Below are positions 10,968 through 22,090 of a DNA stretch of 64,000 nucleotides, piece by piece. Source of the stretch: Eledone cirrhosa (taxonomy: Eukaryota). The stretch is from positions 136,958,001-137,022,000 of the forward strand of contig OZ024740.1 in the NCBI GenBank assembly GCA_964016885.1, in the 5' to 3' direction. The notes under the pieces are model-generated. The model searched no databases and was not told the origin of the DNA. It was given only the letters and a program-made list of their open reading frames with translations. How positions within the stretch are numbered: the first letter of the stretch is position 1; every line of letters starts with the position of its first letter. The position numbers and the translations under genes were made by a program.

Positions 10968-11131
10968 ATAATTGTTTCTACGTTAGGCACAAAGCCAGCA
11001 ATTACCCAGTGTATTACTGGTACTTTATTTTATCGACCCCGTAAGGATGAAAGGCAAAGTTAACCTCGGCCGTAATTCTATGCGCCAAAGCATGGCATCC
11101 GACACTCTACCAATACTGCCAATCCACCGCC
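10968..11131 (-). mobile_element. tRNA-derived SINE, internally deleted copy
   Basis: Core GGTACTTTATTTTATCGACCCCGTAAGGATGAAAGGCAAAGTTAACCTCGGC and head GCCAATCCACCGCC shared with many copies in the window. Confidence 0.85.
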
Positions 11132-11171
11132 TTACATAATTTAAATAATACATATAAAACAGAATTTATTT

Positions 11172-11359
11172 TAATGCATTTTTTAAAGATTGAAGTGTAT
11201 ATATATATATATACACTTCAATCTTTAAAAAATGCATTATATATATATACTTGGGGAGGGTCATATTTGTGTAATAATATTGCCAGAATTAATAACAGAA
11301 CACACTCACTGTTTGGTTGGTTTTCATATTATTACACAAATATGACCCTCCCCAAGTAT
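11172..11359. repeat. Two short fold-backs (11172-11241 centred on (TA)n; 11247-11359 with ~35 bp arms)
   Basis: TAATGCATTTTTTAAAGATTGAAGTGTA / TACACTTCAATCTTTAAAAAATGCATTA; ATACTTGGGGAGGGTCATATTTGTGTAATAATAT / ATATTATTACACAAATATGACCCTCCCCAAGTAT. Confidence 0.9.
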
Positions 11360-11419
11360 AACAATATTTGTTTCGACACACGATTTCATATAAAAAACCT
11401 CGCCGTCGGGGTTAAACAT

Positions 11420-11473
<54 letters not shown>

Positions 11474-11637
11474 TAATTAGAATTGGAGCTCTGAAATAGC
11501 AATATATTTATGGATGTATATATAATGTATTTTGCAATACACTTTATGATTAATTAAAAGCATTTTGAAGACCGTAAGCTATTGTTTTAAAGTAGTGACA
11601 AATTCACTCACTTTGATCTCAGCAAACAGGGGAGATA

Positions 11638-11681
11638 AGCCGACATGACATGTTTCGCTTTTGTTGAAGCTTATCAAGGCC
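11638..11681 (-). ncRNA. Type I hammerhead ribozyme, U3-A8 variant
   Basis: Minus strand: GGCC TTGATAA GCTT CAACAA AAGC GAA ACATG T CATGT C GGCT. Confidence 0.85.
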
Positions 11682-11926
11682 AACTACCCCGCCTGTCTAC
11701 TTTAAAACAATAGCTTACGGTCTTCAAAATGCTTTTAATTAAGCATAAAGTGTATTGCAAAATACATTATATATACATCCATATATATATTGCTATTTCA
11801 GAGCTCCAATTCTAATTTTTAATTTCTGCGTGACCAACAACCGCTCTGCATAATCAGCTCCTGATTATTTACTAGATTTCTATAAGAATATAACATCATT
11901 GATCTCAGTAGACAGGCGGGGTAGTT

Positions 11927-11970
11927 GGCCTTGATAAGCTTCAACAAAAGCGAAACATGTGTTGTCGGCT
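11927..11970 (+). ncRNA. Type I hammerhead ribozyme, U3-A8 variant
   Basis: GGCC TTGATAA GCTT CAACAA AAGC GAAAC ATGTGTT GTC GGCT; stem I extends via TGATCTCAG/CTGAGATCA. Confidence 0.85.
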
Positions 11971-12270
11971 TATCTCCCCTGTTTGCTGAGATCAAAGTGA
12001 GTGAATTTGTCACTACTTTAAAACAATAGCTTACGGTCTTCAAAATGCTTTTAATTAAGCATAAAGTGTATTGCAAAATACATTATATATACATCCATAT
12101 ATATATACATTATAATCAATGAAGGACTTTGATTAACTAATTAAGTCGACTGTATTATGATATAAGCTATGTCTGTCAGTTGCAACTTGATGTAGAAATA
12201 ATTTTGTCAAGAGACAGTAAGTGATTAATTTCAAGTATGTCACCTGCTCTCGATCTTTGGATAAGAACAA

Positions 12271-12348
<78 letters not shown>

Positions 12349-12549
12349 TATGTATACGTACATACATATATGTGTACAGACGTACAGTAGTATGTATATA
12401 TATACATACATGCACACATATATATATGTACGTATGGGTTTACCGAACATTTATTATAATGTTCGGTTTATTTGTAAACAAACAGCCCGAATTACGCAGT
12501 ACAGTGCTCGGCAACCATCGTCGCCCTTTTGTTCAACACTGACACGGGA

Positions 12550-12592
12550 ACGATGTAGTAGTTTCAAGCTTATTAGCTATCGTCAGCATCGT
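12550..12592 (-). ncRNA. Type I HHR with one stem III mismatch, in an inverted PLE tail fragment
   Basis: Minus strand: ACGATG CTGACGA tAGCT AATA AGCTt GAAAC TA CTA CATCGT; the inverted partial copy at 12760-12792 keeps the intact GAAACTAGTA. Confidence 0.7.
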
Positions 12593-13563
12593 ATACCTTT
12601 CTGTCAGATGATTGAACGTTTGAAAGTATATACTTTCCTTATGCATATTAACGGCTGAGCAGCTTAGTTTGCATATCGAGTGAGTTAGTCGGCCTGGCGT
12701 ACCGAAAACGATAAATGGAAAAGAATGAAACGAAATTTCATTTCTCACTCTTAGTAACTAGCTTGAAACTAGTACATCGTTCCTGTGTCAGTAAAGTATT
12801 TGTTGTCTGACGAGGCAACAGCGTAAACATTAATAACTTCATAGTTCTTAATATTTAAAAGGTAGACTTAAATTTCTGTAGTTATAAAATTCTACTATCG
12901 GCCCGTGTATATATACTAATAACTAAGGAACAGCATAGAGTGAGTAATCTCTGTTTGTTCGTCAATCTTTGAATGCCAGAAATATTCTCACTGAATAAAA
13001 TAACGATAACCCCCCCCCCCCCTCCTCACACACACAGGAAAAGAGATGGTATCAGATATTCAACATCAATTTATTTTATTACATCATACTGGTTATGCAC
13101 CTTAGTCGATTACTTGAATCAACCAACACATACTTTTTTTTAACGCGATATCTCACTTCTTGCATTTCTTTCTTTCTTTTTCTTTCTTTTTCTTTGTTTC
13201 TTTCTTTACCTCCTATTTTTCACGAGACTACTTTGCTATAAAAAGCACAATACCTTCTCCGAAGTCATCACATAAAATTCTGTGTACTTGCTATGGCTTT
13301 ATTGCTATAAGTTTTAGTTCTCTCTTGTATTTTACCGCCACGGACAGCGCTTTGGATTCTGTCAGATGCTGTGACCCCGGGTGGATCAACAGTACCGTCG
13401 GCAGTGGTCGAAACTGCCAGGAAAACCATCTTGATGACTTATGACTTCGGAGTGCTGTGTCTTTCGTTTGTCTTCTTATTTAAAAAGAAATTTTAAGGTT
13501 TCCCCCTCAAACATTTTTTTTTTCATTTTGCCTTGTTCGTTGTCCTCTCTTTGTTTATTTTCC

Positions 13564-13648
<85 letters not shown>

Positions 13649-13654
13649 ATTTTT

Positions 13655-13711
<57 letters not shown>

Positions 13712-13739
13712 GTTTTATATATATATATATATTTTTATG

Positions 13740-13791
<52 letters not shown>

Positions 13792-13871
13792 TATATTATA
13801 TTTTGAGAATAAACTCTCAGTCGTTTACAATAAATTAAGCTCCAGGAAAAGGGGCTTCTCCGAGCAGTTAA

Positions 13872-14534
13872 ATACATTAAAATATATGATAAACACGAAA
13901 CGCGTTTACATTGCAACAGACAAAGTTAGCTATTAATGAAATAAACTAATTAAAGTGAATACAATTTGTCTGTCTCGATATAAGTCAATAAAGACAAGCT
14001 TATATTGGCAACGGCCATGATTCCTGGACAGATTTAAATTTCAAAATACAAACCCGTTCCGTAGACGAATTTGAACCTCGAAACCTAAATCCGTTTCGCA
14101 ACGGTGGTATGTGAATTGAAAAATAAAGAGAATCGAAATGGAATAGAAATAAAAAGTGAAATATCCAAATCTTCTGTGCTTATCAACAGGAATCCAGTAC
14201 TAATTTTACTGGATTCCTGTTGATAAGCACAGAAGATTTGGATATTTCACTTTTTATTTCTATTCCATTTCGATTCTCTTTATTTTTCAATTCACATACC
14301 ACCGTTGCGAAACGGATTTAGGTTTCGAGGTTCAAATTCGTCTACGGAACGGGTTTGTATTTTGAAATTTAAATCTGTCCAGGAATCATGGCCGTTGCCA
14401 ATATAAGCTTGTCTTTATTGACTTATATCGAGACAGACAAATTGTATTCACTTTAATTAGTTTATTTCATTAATAGCTAACTTTGTCTGTTGCAATGTAA
14501 ACGCGTTTCGTGTTTATCATATATTTTAATGTAT
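13872..14534. repeat. Long fold-back: 328-bp arms, 7-nt spacer (14200-14206)
   Basis: 13872-14199 is the reverse complement of 14207-14534 with no mismatch seen. Confidence 0.95.
14214..14349 (+). ncRNA. HHR-like motif (U3-A8); mirror copy on the minus strand at 14057-14192
   Basis: TTCCTG TTGATAA GCA...TGC GAA ACGGATTT..AAATTCGT C TACGGAA; 8-bp stem III and bulged stem I. Confidence 0.65.
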
Positions 14535-14634
14535 ATATATATATGTATTTTTATATTATATATATATATATGTATATTTATGTTATCTCTCTCTCTCCTC
14601 TCTCTCTCTCCTCCCTCTCTCTCTCTCTCTCCCC

Positions 14635-14675
<41 letters not shown>

Positions 14676-14834
14676 CGTGTGTGTACTTATACATACACAC
14701 ACACACATATATATGCATTCACACCCATACAGACATACACACATACACATGTGTGTGTGACTGTGTATGAATAGATATATGTATATACGTGGGTCCCTTA
14801 TGTGTACGTGTGGACATATGTCTGCGTATGAATG

Positions 14835-14886
<52 letters not shown>

Positions 14887-15038
14887 TATTTATATATATT
14901 ATATATATCTGCCGGCGAAACAATTGTAACACGCAATAAACTGAGTCTAGATGCATCACTGATTTTTCGTTTTTTTATATTATATCACACTCTGCTCTGT
15001 AAGAACACAGAGTGCACCATAGCTACCATTAAACACGC

Positions 15039-15092
<54 letters not shown>

Positions 15093-16559
15093 AAATTATA
15101 AAATTAACGAGCGTCTAGCTCACTCAATGAGTTTGCCGAATTGCAGTAATGCAGTTGCAATCAGTCGTTCAGTGTGCACACATTTAGTTAAGATACAGTG
15201 GCGGTGATTAGGTCGAAAGAAAGGGAAAATTATCATGTATATTGTTCAAGAATAATCAAAACAAATACAGTATGTGTGTATGAGATTGCAGCTCTGTCAA
15301 AGAGTGACTGGTAGGAGAGAGGCAAATATTTTCTGATCGGTGACCGAATGGACCCCGCTTAAGGCACCCAAGAACCAGATGATGTTAAAACGATCAACGA
15401 ATTAAATCTACTACACAAATAGGCCACAACAAGCCGGAAGAATTATCCCAAATTCTAACCATTTTGCCAATTCGCCGTTTTTATATGTGAATAGATATAC
15501 ATTATATGGGAGAGTGAGTTGGGGGAGAGAAAGAGTAATGTTCAATTAAAAAAACCAAACAAAAACAAAACAAGATGAAATGATTAGCGTTGGAGAGTAG
15601 GTGAAAATTTGTGAGGGTGAGAATGGAAACTGGACGGGTAAAGTATTAATGATGATATGAAGATAATCAGTGTAAAGACCAATATTTTCCAGACTGAAGT
15701 CTTTAGGAGCTTAATCCAAGATAGTTATGAATTCTTGCTGTAATCTGAATTCCAGGAAAACATATTCTATCTTTCAGAAACAAAGACATGAAAGATATTA
15801 ACTCTTAACGTCCTGTATCACACGAAACCGCATTAACACGATAATCTTGAAAAGTAAAAAACAATAATGACTGCATCACATTAAAAAAATCTTTTATTTT
15901 AGTTTACTGCAAATTTTCAAACGATTCGTCAAATCGTAAACATACCATAAATATTTCAATTAATATATCCGATTTTATATATATTCTCTACTAAATCATT
16001 ACTTGAGGTTAACAGTTAAAAGAGAAAGTAGTAACATTGAAACCTTTTCTTTTACCGATTAGTCATAGAAGCAGGAGAAACACCCGTGATCATTTATTTT
16101 TTTAGAACTTTCGAGATTCGTGAAAGGAAGAGACGAAGTTATTATCTAACCGGAGACCTGGCCAGAATGCTTGCAACAGTATGAGCTCCACTAAATACAC
16201 CCAACGAAACGCAAGGAGCTGGAGTAAATTCAGCGTCCGATGCTATAACAATGTTGCCAGTCCACCGCTCTAGACTGGTTCTTTTTTTTTCAATCCGGAA
16301 GAATGAAAGGTTAAGTTGACTCTGTCGGAATTTGAACTCAGAACGCAAGGAACCAAAAATAAATACCTAAAAGCATTTTGTTCAACGCTGTAACGCTTCT
16401 GCCATCTCATAGTCTTCAAAGGATTGAAAGAAGGAGAATACCCGAGATGGAGATTGCATCAAATATAACCAGAGGAGGGGTATAACATTATTAACTTTTC
16501 AGTATATAAACGAAAACCTTATCCGGGATTGTTGCAAAAAACCGAAACTGCCTGTCGTA

Positions 16560-16623
<64 letters not shown>
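16560..16623. repeat. (TAC)n microsatellite
   Basis: Seen directly. Confidence 0.95.
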
Positions 16624-16789
16624 AAAGCCTGTCTCAAGTCTGGAGGTTCAGTAGGCGGTGTTTTTGACGGTTTCCTTGGCGTTAAGAAACTGACAATATA
16701 AGACCCTTCCCTCGACTGAACACCACTCCATTGCAGGGTTAAATCTCTAGATACTTATTGTTTCTTACACAAGTACACAGCCATAAATT

Positions 16790-17395
16790 AGGAAGAAAGG
16801 GAACTTTCGATTATATCTATCACACTACTTGATTGGTATCTTATTTTATCAATCTCGAAAGAATGAAAGTCAAAGTTGACCTCAACAGGTTTTAACTCAC
16901 AACATAAAAAAAAATCAGGAACAAATAATGCAAGGTATGTTCTTCGATACACAAAGGATTTACTAACCTACAATAATGGTTTCTTATATAGGCACAAGGC
17001 CAGCAATTTTGGGGGAGGGGAAAGTTGATTAAATCGACCCCAGTGCGTGACTGGTACTTTATTTTATCGACCCAGTTAGGATGAAAGGCAAAGTTAACCT
17101 CGGCTGGATTTGAACTAAGACCGTAAAGGGCCGTAACTCTATGCTGCGAAGATTAGCGTCCGACCCTCTACCGATACTGCCAATCCACAACCTACAATAA
17201 TAATTGTTTCTACTTTAGGCACAAGGCCAGCAATTACCAGTGCATTACTGGTACTTTATTTTATCGACCCCGTAAGGATGAAAGGCAAAGTCAACCTCGG
17301 CGGGATTTGAACTCAGATGGTAAAGGGACGTAACTATGCTGGAAAGCATGGCGTCCGACCCTCTACCGATACTGCCAATCCACAACCTACAATAA
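16790..17395 (-). mobile_element. Three head-to-tail tRNA-SINE copies
   Basis: Repeated TTATTTTATC(G/A)A.C.C..AGGATGAAAG core, B-box-like GGATTTGAACT, AAT-rich tails. Confidence 0.85.
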
Positions 17396-17761
17396 TAATA
17401 ACCTGTTTGCTTTAGTTGCCACCGAAGGCCATTTATTTCAATATATGTTCCAACGAGGTTACAAGTTATGGTGGAATGTTCACACATCATTTAAGGTTTC
17501 TTCCAAATGCTTATTTATGGGCATGTAGAAGCTAGAAAATTTTCACAACGACAGATTTAGGTTACTTCCGCCTTGCCTGTTCTTGAATTTATTCCTAGGG
17601 CAAGAAGGCATTGTCTCTTGTAAGATATCTTTTCATTGATCTCTTTTACTTGGATCCAAATGTGAGCAACATTATTATGGCTTTTGTTTGTTATGTTTAC
17701 GTTTTCGTCACTTGTGTGTCGTGTGTGATGTGTGTGTGATTTTTGTGTATGTGTGTGCGTG

Positions 17762-17841
<80 letters not shown>

Positions 17842-17959
17842 CAAACTCTGGTATTGTTTTCAAATTTCTATAGAAATTATTACCGAGCAAATAGTAAATA
17901 ATAACGTTTTAAAACGTAATACAAACAACGAGATGTCAGGCAATTTTTCTATTACAGAT

Positions 17960-18703
17960 ATATTTCTTTATTAGCCACAGGGGCACAAAAGAAGGGGACA
18001 AATACAAAGGGGGAAGTTTACATACAATAAAAACGTGTAAAATGTTATCACAGATGGAATTTAAAAAGTTAGTCGATTTTCCCCAATAGAGGGAGACAGT
18101 TTATATGGGTAATACATACCCCCGAAAAAAAATGTGCAACCCTCATCTCCAGGAGTACGAAGAGTTTGTACTCCCTTCCTCTCCTCCTCCTTTTCCTCAA
18201 CCTACAGGCTGATATAGAGAGAAGGCCCATTCACGCGGGCCATTCTCGCCACTTTCACCCACCTTTCATAAAACTTGCTGGGGTACAGCACCTCTCTCTC
18301 CATCCTGATTCTTCTTCCAAAGTGGTATTTGAAAAAAAGAATCAGTTGTTGGCCGGAGAGAAAGGTGTCTGACCTCAGCCCTTTCAACCTTGTCCACCAT
18401 ACAACCTCTTTCGCCATAGCTATCACACAAAGGAAAACCGCCTCTCCTTCGTTTTTGAAGGAGGGTGGCGGTTTGATCATGACAATGGACTCAGTGGTCA
18501 ACTGGACTGGTCCCACCCGCGACAATAGTCGTTCTACATAGCCCCACAGGTCAGTGACGCCCGGGCAGTGTATGAATGCGTGCGCGACGGTTTCTTCGTC
18601 TTGCACGCACCTCGGACAGATCTTTTTTGCAGGGTCCCTGCCCGGGCGCCCATGTCTGTAGAGCTTGTCTCGAACTGGTAGAGCTCCTCGGTAGCACTGC
18701 CAG
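17960..18703 (-). mobile_element. L1/Tx1 LINE 3' fragment (zf-RVT region + 3' UTR)
   Basis: WQCYRGALPVRDKL...CPRCVQDEETVAHAFIHC, stop at 18202, then a T-rich UTR and AATAAA. Confidence 0.85.
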
Positions 18704-18840
18704 ATAGTTAGTTAGACGTTCAAGAGTTTCGGAAATCTTTTGTTTACAAAATGAAAAAAAACAAACTTTTCCTTCATCAAATGAATCGGGGGAAAATTCA
18801 ACTTTTCACGAAGCTATCTGGAGAGACATCCATATGTTTC

Positions 18841-18992
<152 letters not shown>

Positions 18993-19209
18993 AGTTTCTC
19001 TCTATGTAGGCACAAAACATATACATACAGATAAACGAGTACTCAAACGTAAACACACTCACAAGTTAAAAGCTGAAACTTCCGAATTATTTTACGAATC
19101 TTATATCTACATGGCATATCGCCTCTTAACATAGTCGTGCTTGCTGTCTCTCAACGTTTCTAGCTTATGACTTGGAGGCAGCTCAACAAGCCAAAACAAA
19201 AACAAAACA

Positions 19210-20056
19210 TAATGATTTCTAGTATTGGCATAAGGCTAGTAATTTGGGGGAAGGGGAAAGTTGATTAAATCGATTAAAGTTAACCTCGGCAGCATTTAAA
19301 CTCAGATCATCAAGGGCCGTAACTCTATGCTGCAAAGCATGGCGTCCGACCTTCTACCGATATTGCCAATCCACCGCCCTATAAAGACAAAACATACTAA
19401 TAATTGTTTCTACTTTTGGCACAAGGCCAGCATTACTGGCCAGCATTACTGCACCCAGTGCATTACTGGTACTTTATTTTATCGACCCCGTAAGGATGAA
19501 AGGCAAAGTTAACCTCGGCGGGATTAATAATAATGATTTCTTATATAGGCACAAGGCCAGCAATTTTTGGAGTAGCTGGGAAGTCGATTAAATTGACCCC
19601 AGTACGTTACTGCTACTTTATTTTATCGACACCGTAAGGATGAAAGGCAAAGTTAACCTCGGCTGGATTTGAACGCAGAACGTAAAGGGTCATAACTCTA
19701 TGCTGAAAAGCATGGTGTCTAACGCTCTACCGTAATGATAATAATTGTTCTACTTTTGGCACAAGGCCAGCAATAATCACAGTGTATTACTGGTACTTTA
19801 TTTTATCGACCCCGTAAGGATGAAAGGCAAAGTTAAGCTCGGCGGGATTTGACCCTGACCATAAATGGTCGTAACTCTTTCCTTCAAAGCATGGCGTCGG
19901 ATTTTCTACCGATACTGCCAATCCACCGCTGTAATTTTAATAATTGTATCTACTTTTGGCACAAGGCCAGCAATTACCCAGTGCATTACTGGTACTTTAT
20001 TTTATCGACCCCGTAAGGATGAAAGGCAAAGTCAACCTCGGCGGGATTTGAACTCA
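19210..20056 (-). mobile_element. Five head-to-tail tRNA-SINE copies, some truncated
   Basis: GGCACAAGGCCAGC...GGTACTTTATTTTATCGAC modules starting at ~19210, 19400, 19530, 19740 and 19940. Confidence 0.85.
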
Positions 20057-20057
20057 A

Positions 20058-20212
20058 ACAATAATAATTATCTTTTGTTTCCTTTTGTCAGGTTTCTCTC
20101 GCAATCGGTTGCTGAGGTGAAGTGTGTTAATTGATCTCGGATCAGTCCCTCATCTCAGAAGCTCAATATATCGCGTAGGATAATGGCAGGGCTAGTGATG
20201 GTAAAAATTTAG
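20058..20212 (-). mobile_element. 3' terminal ~150 bp of an R4/Dong-like element with TAA-type tail
   Basis: Aligns with 26320-26457 (GATCAGTCCCT.ATCTCAGA...TCAATATATCGC.TAGGAT...TAGTGATGGTA). Confidence 0.8.
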
Positions 20213-20215
20213 GGG

Positions 20216-22011
20216 GTAACGATGGTCGACCCTATCGAAAGCTTTCGACTGATCTAAATTGATCAAGGACCCACCCGTGCCAGGTTCCCTAGCTACCCTC
20301 TCTACGATGTATCGCATGAGGTGTAGGTTGTCGTGGATGGATCTGTCGGGAATGGCGCATGTCTGCGCCTCTCCCACCAGACCACCAACGACAAGCGCCA
20401 ACCTCTTTGCTAGCACCTTGGCCAAAATCTTGAACTCTGTGTTTAGCAGAGTTATGGGCCGGAAATGATCTATGTTATCCCCCTTGTTCGGATCCTTTCT
20501 CAGCAGTGCCACCGCTCCTCGGCTCACAGAATTGGGAATTCTCCCGTTCTGTTGCCAGTTGCAGTAGATGTCCGCCAAGAGGCCTCCGAACAAGTCTGGC
20601 ATCTGTACGTAAAGTTCATAGGGCAGACCATCCAAACCAGGCGATTTACCCCTTGTGCAGCCAGTCATTGCCTCCCTTACTTCAGCGGCTGTTATCGGCT
20701 TTTCGCAACACTTCGCCTCAGTGACCGAGAGCCGCGGCAGTCCGTCGAGGTAGACACTAAAGTCCATCCCTCGACCCGGCCCACCGCTGTCCCCGAACAG
20801 CTGAGCGAAGTGTCGCTGAAAAGCTTCACACATTTTCCCGGGATCGAGTAGCATGCGCCCGTCGTGGTCCACCAAAGACCAGATCGTGGCTTTGTTGCCA
20901 CGACGCGCCTCCGCCACTCGGGCCCATTGAACGGCTTTCGTCCCCTCGTGTCTGAGAGCACGCACCCTTGCTCTGACAACGCAGCCTTCGTGCTTTGCAT
21001 TGAAGAATTGGTCAAGGGCCAATTTCGCCGCAAGCACGTCGGTCGCAATGCCTTTGCTAAGCGCCTCGTCTAATTTTCTAACTAGTTCTCCCTCTGCTCT
21101 ATTTTTCTCTATTGCTAAAGCCTTACTAAACCTAATCGATTCTATTCTAATCGCTCTTTTCAGAGCAAACCACCACTTGTTGTTGACGATGGCCCCCGTC
21201 AACGCCCGCTTAACTAGTTCGTTAATCCGGTCTCTGTAGGCCTTGCGCGTTGGTAAGGACGCGTTTAGCTTCCAGTAGCCGGGTCCTCGTCTATGAAGCC
21301 TATCTAAGTCAAGCACACAGATCACGAATTTGTGGTCCGTGTAGCTGACTATCTTGAATTGTGGACAGCCTATCCTAGACCTATCTATTTCCCTACAAAA
21401 TACTCTATCTAGATATGATCTGGATGGCCCTATGCGATTTGTCCAAGTCCACATTGGCACATTCGGGAAATCCAATCGGTACCTGTCAGACAGTTCAAAA
21501 CCCCTGAGCAGGTTGGTGAGGCTCTTGCACCCTCCACCCTATCCGCTAATCCCACACAGTCCCAGTGTGCATCTAAGATCCCGTTCCAGTCGCCCACTAA
21601 CACTAAAGAGCGGGACGTTCCAAGAAAGGTCTCCAGACGCCGGAAGAAATCAGGCCGCCCTGCTCCTGTCGGGGCATAGACGGCCACTAGCCTGAAAGCT
21701 TGCCCGTCTCCGCTGGTCACGTCCAGCACCACCAACTTACCCTCTGGGTCCAGGAAGATGGCCCGTATGGCGAGATCCAAACCTCTCCGAAAAAGCACAG
21801 CAACTCCTCCCCCAGATCCAGGACGGCTGGGAGATGCGTACACATCGTAGCCGCCGAAGATCGGTGCGAAGGCCCGTGCTTCGGAGATTCTGGTCTCGCT
21901 GATGGCCACTACATCTATGTTTAGTGACCTGAGGTCGTTGAGCAGGTGACCCTGCTTCCATGACGACCCCAAGCCACGCGCATTTATGCTGCCTATTCTG
22001 AGTGAGGTCAT
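20216..22011 (-). pseudogene. L1/Tx1 ORF2 (APE + N-terminal RT), frameshifted near 21.5 kb and truncated after FDRVDH
   Basis: SINARGL, ISET, AVYAP, GDWN, SYLDR, YTDH, GYWKLN, KSPGLDGLPYE, FRPITLLN, LDQSKAFDRV. Confidence 0.92.
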
Positions 22012-22090
22012 GTTTAAAATAGAGTGGAAAAGATGGGAAAGACCACTTACCGTACTTTTCGTAGAGAAGGGATGGTTTTTCCATCCTTTT

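Larger units (their letters stand above)
11475..12105. mobile_element. Retrozyme-like/pLTR array: inverted partial unit (11475-11700) followed by ~1.3 tandem units of 316 bp
   Basis: TTTAAAACAATAGCTTACGGTC at 11701 and 12017; 11475-11700 is the reverse complement of the unit; CTAC microhomology at the inversion. Confidence 0.85.

Noticed and set aside
12800-13000. CTGACGA GGCA...TGCC AGAAA as an HHR
   Set aside because: Stems I and III cannot be formed
13360-13445. GGTCGAAAC and TTGATGA as an HHR
   Set aside because: Core incomplete or in an order with no pairing stems
19240-19270. SINE segment TTGGGGGAAGGGGAAAGTTGATT as the origin of the satellite monomer
   Set aside because: Similarity is short and low-complexity
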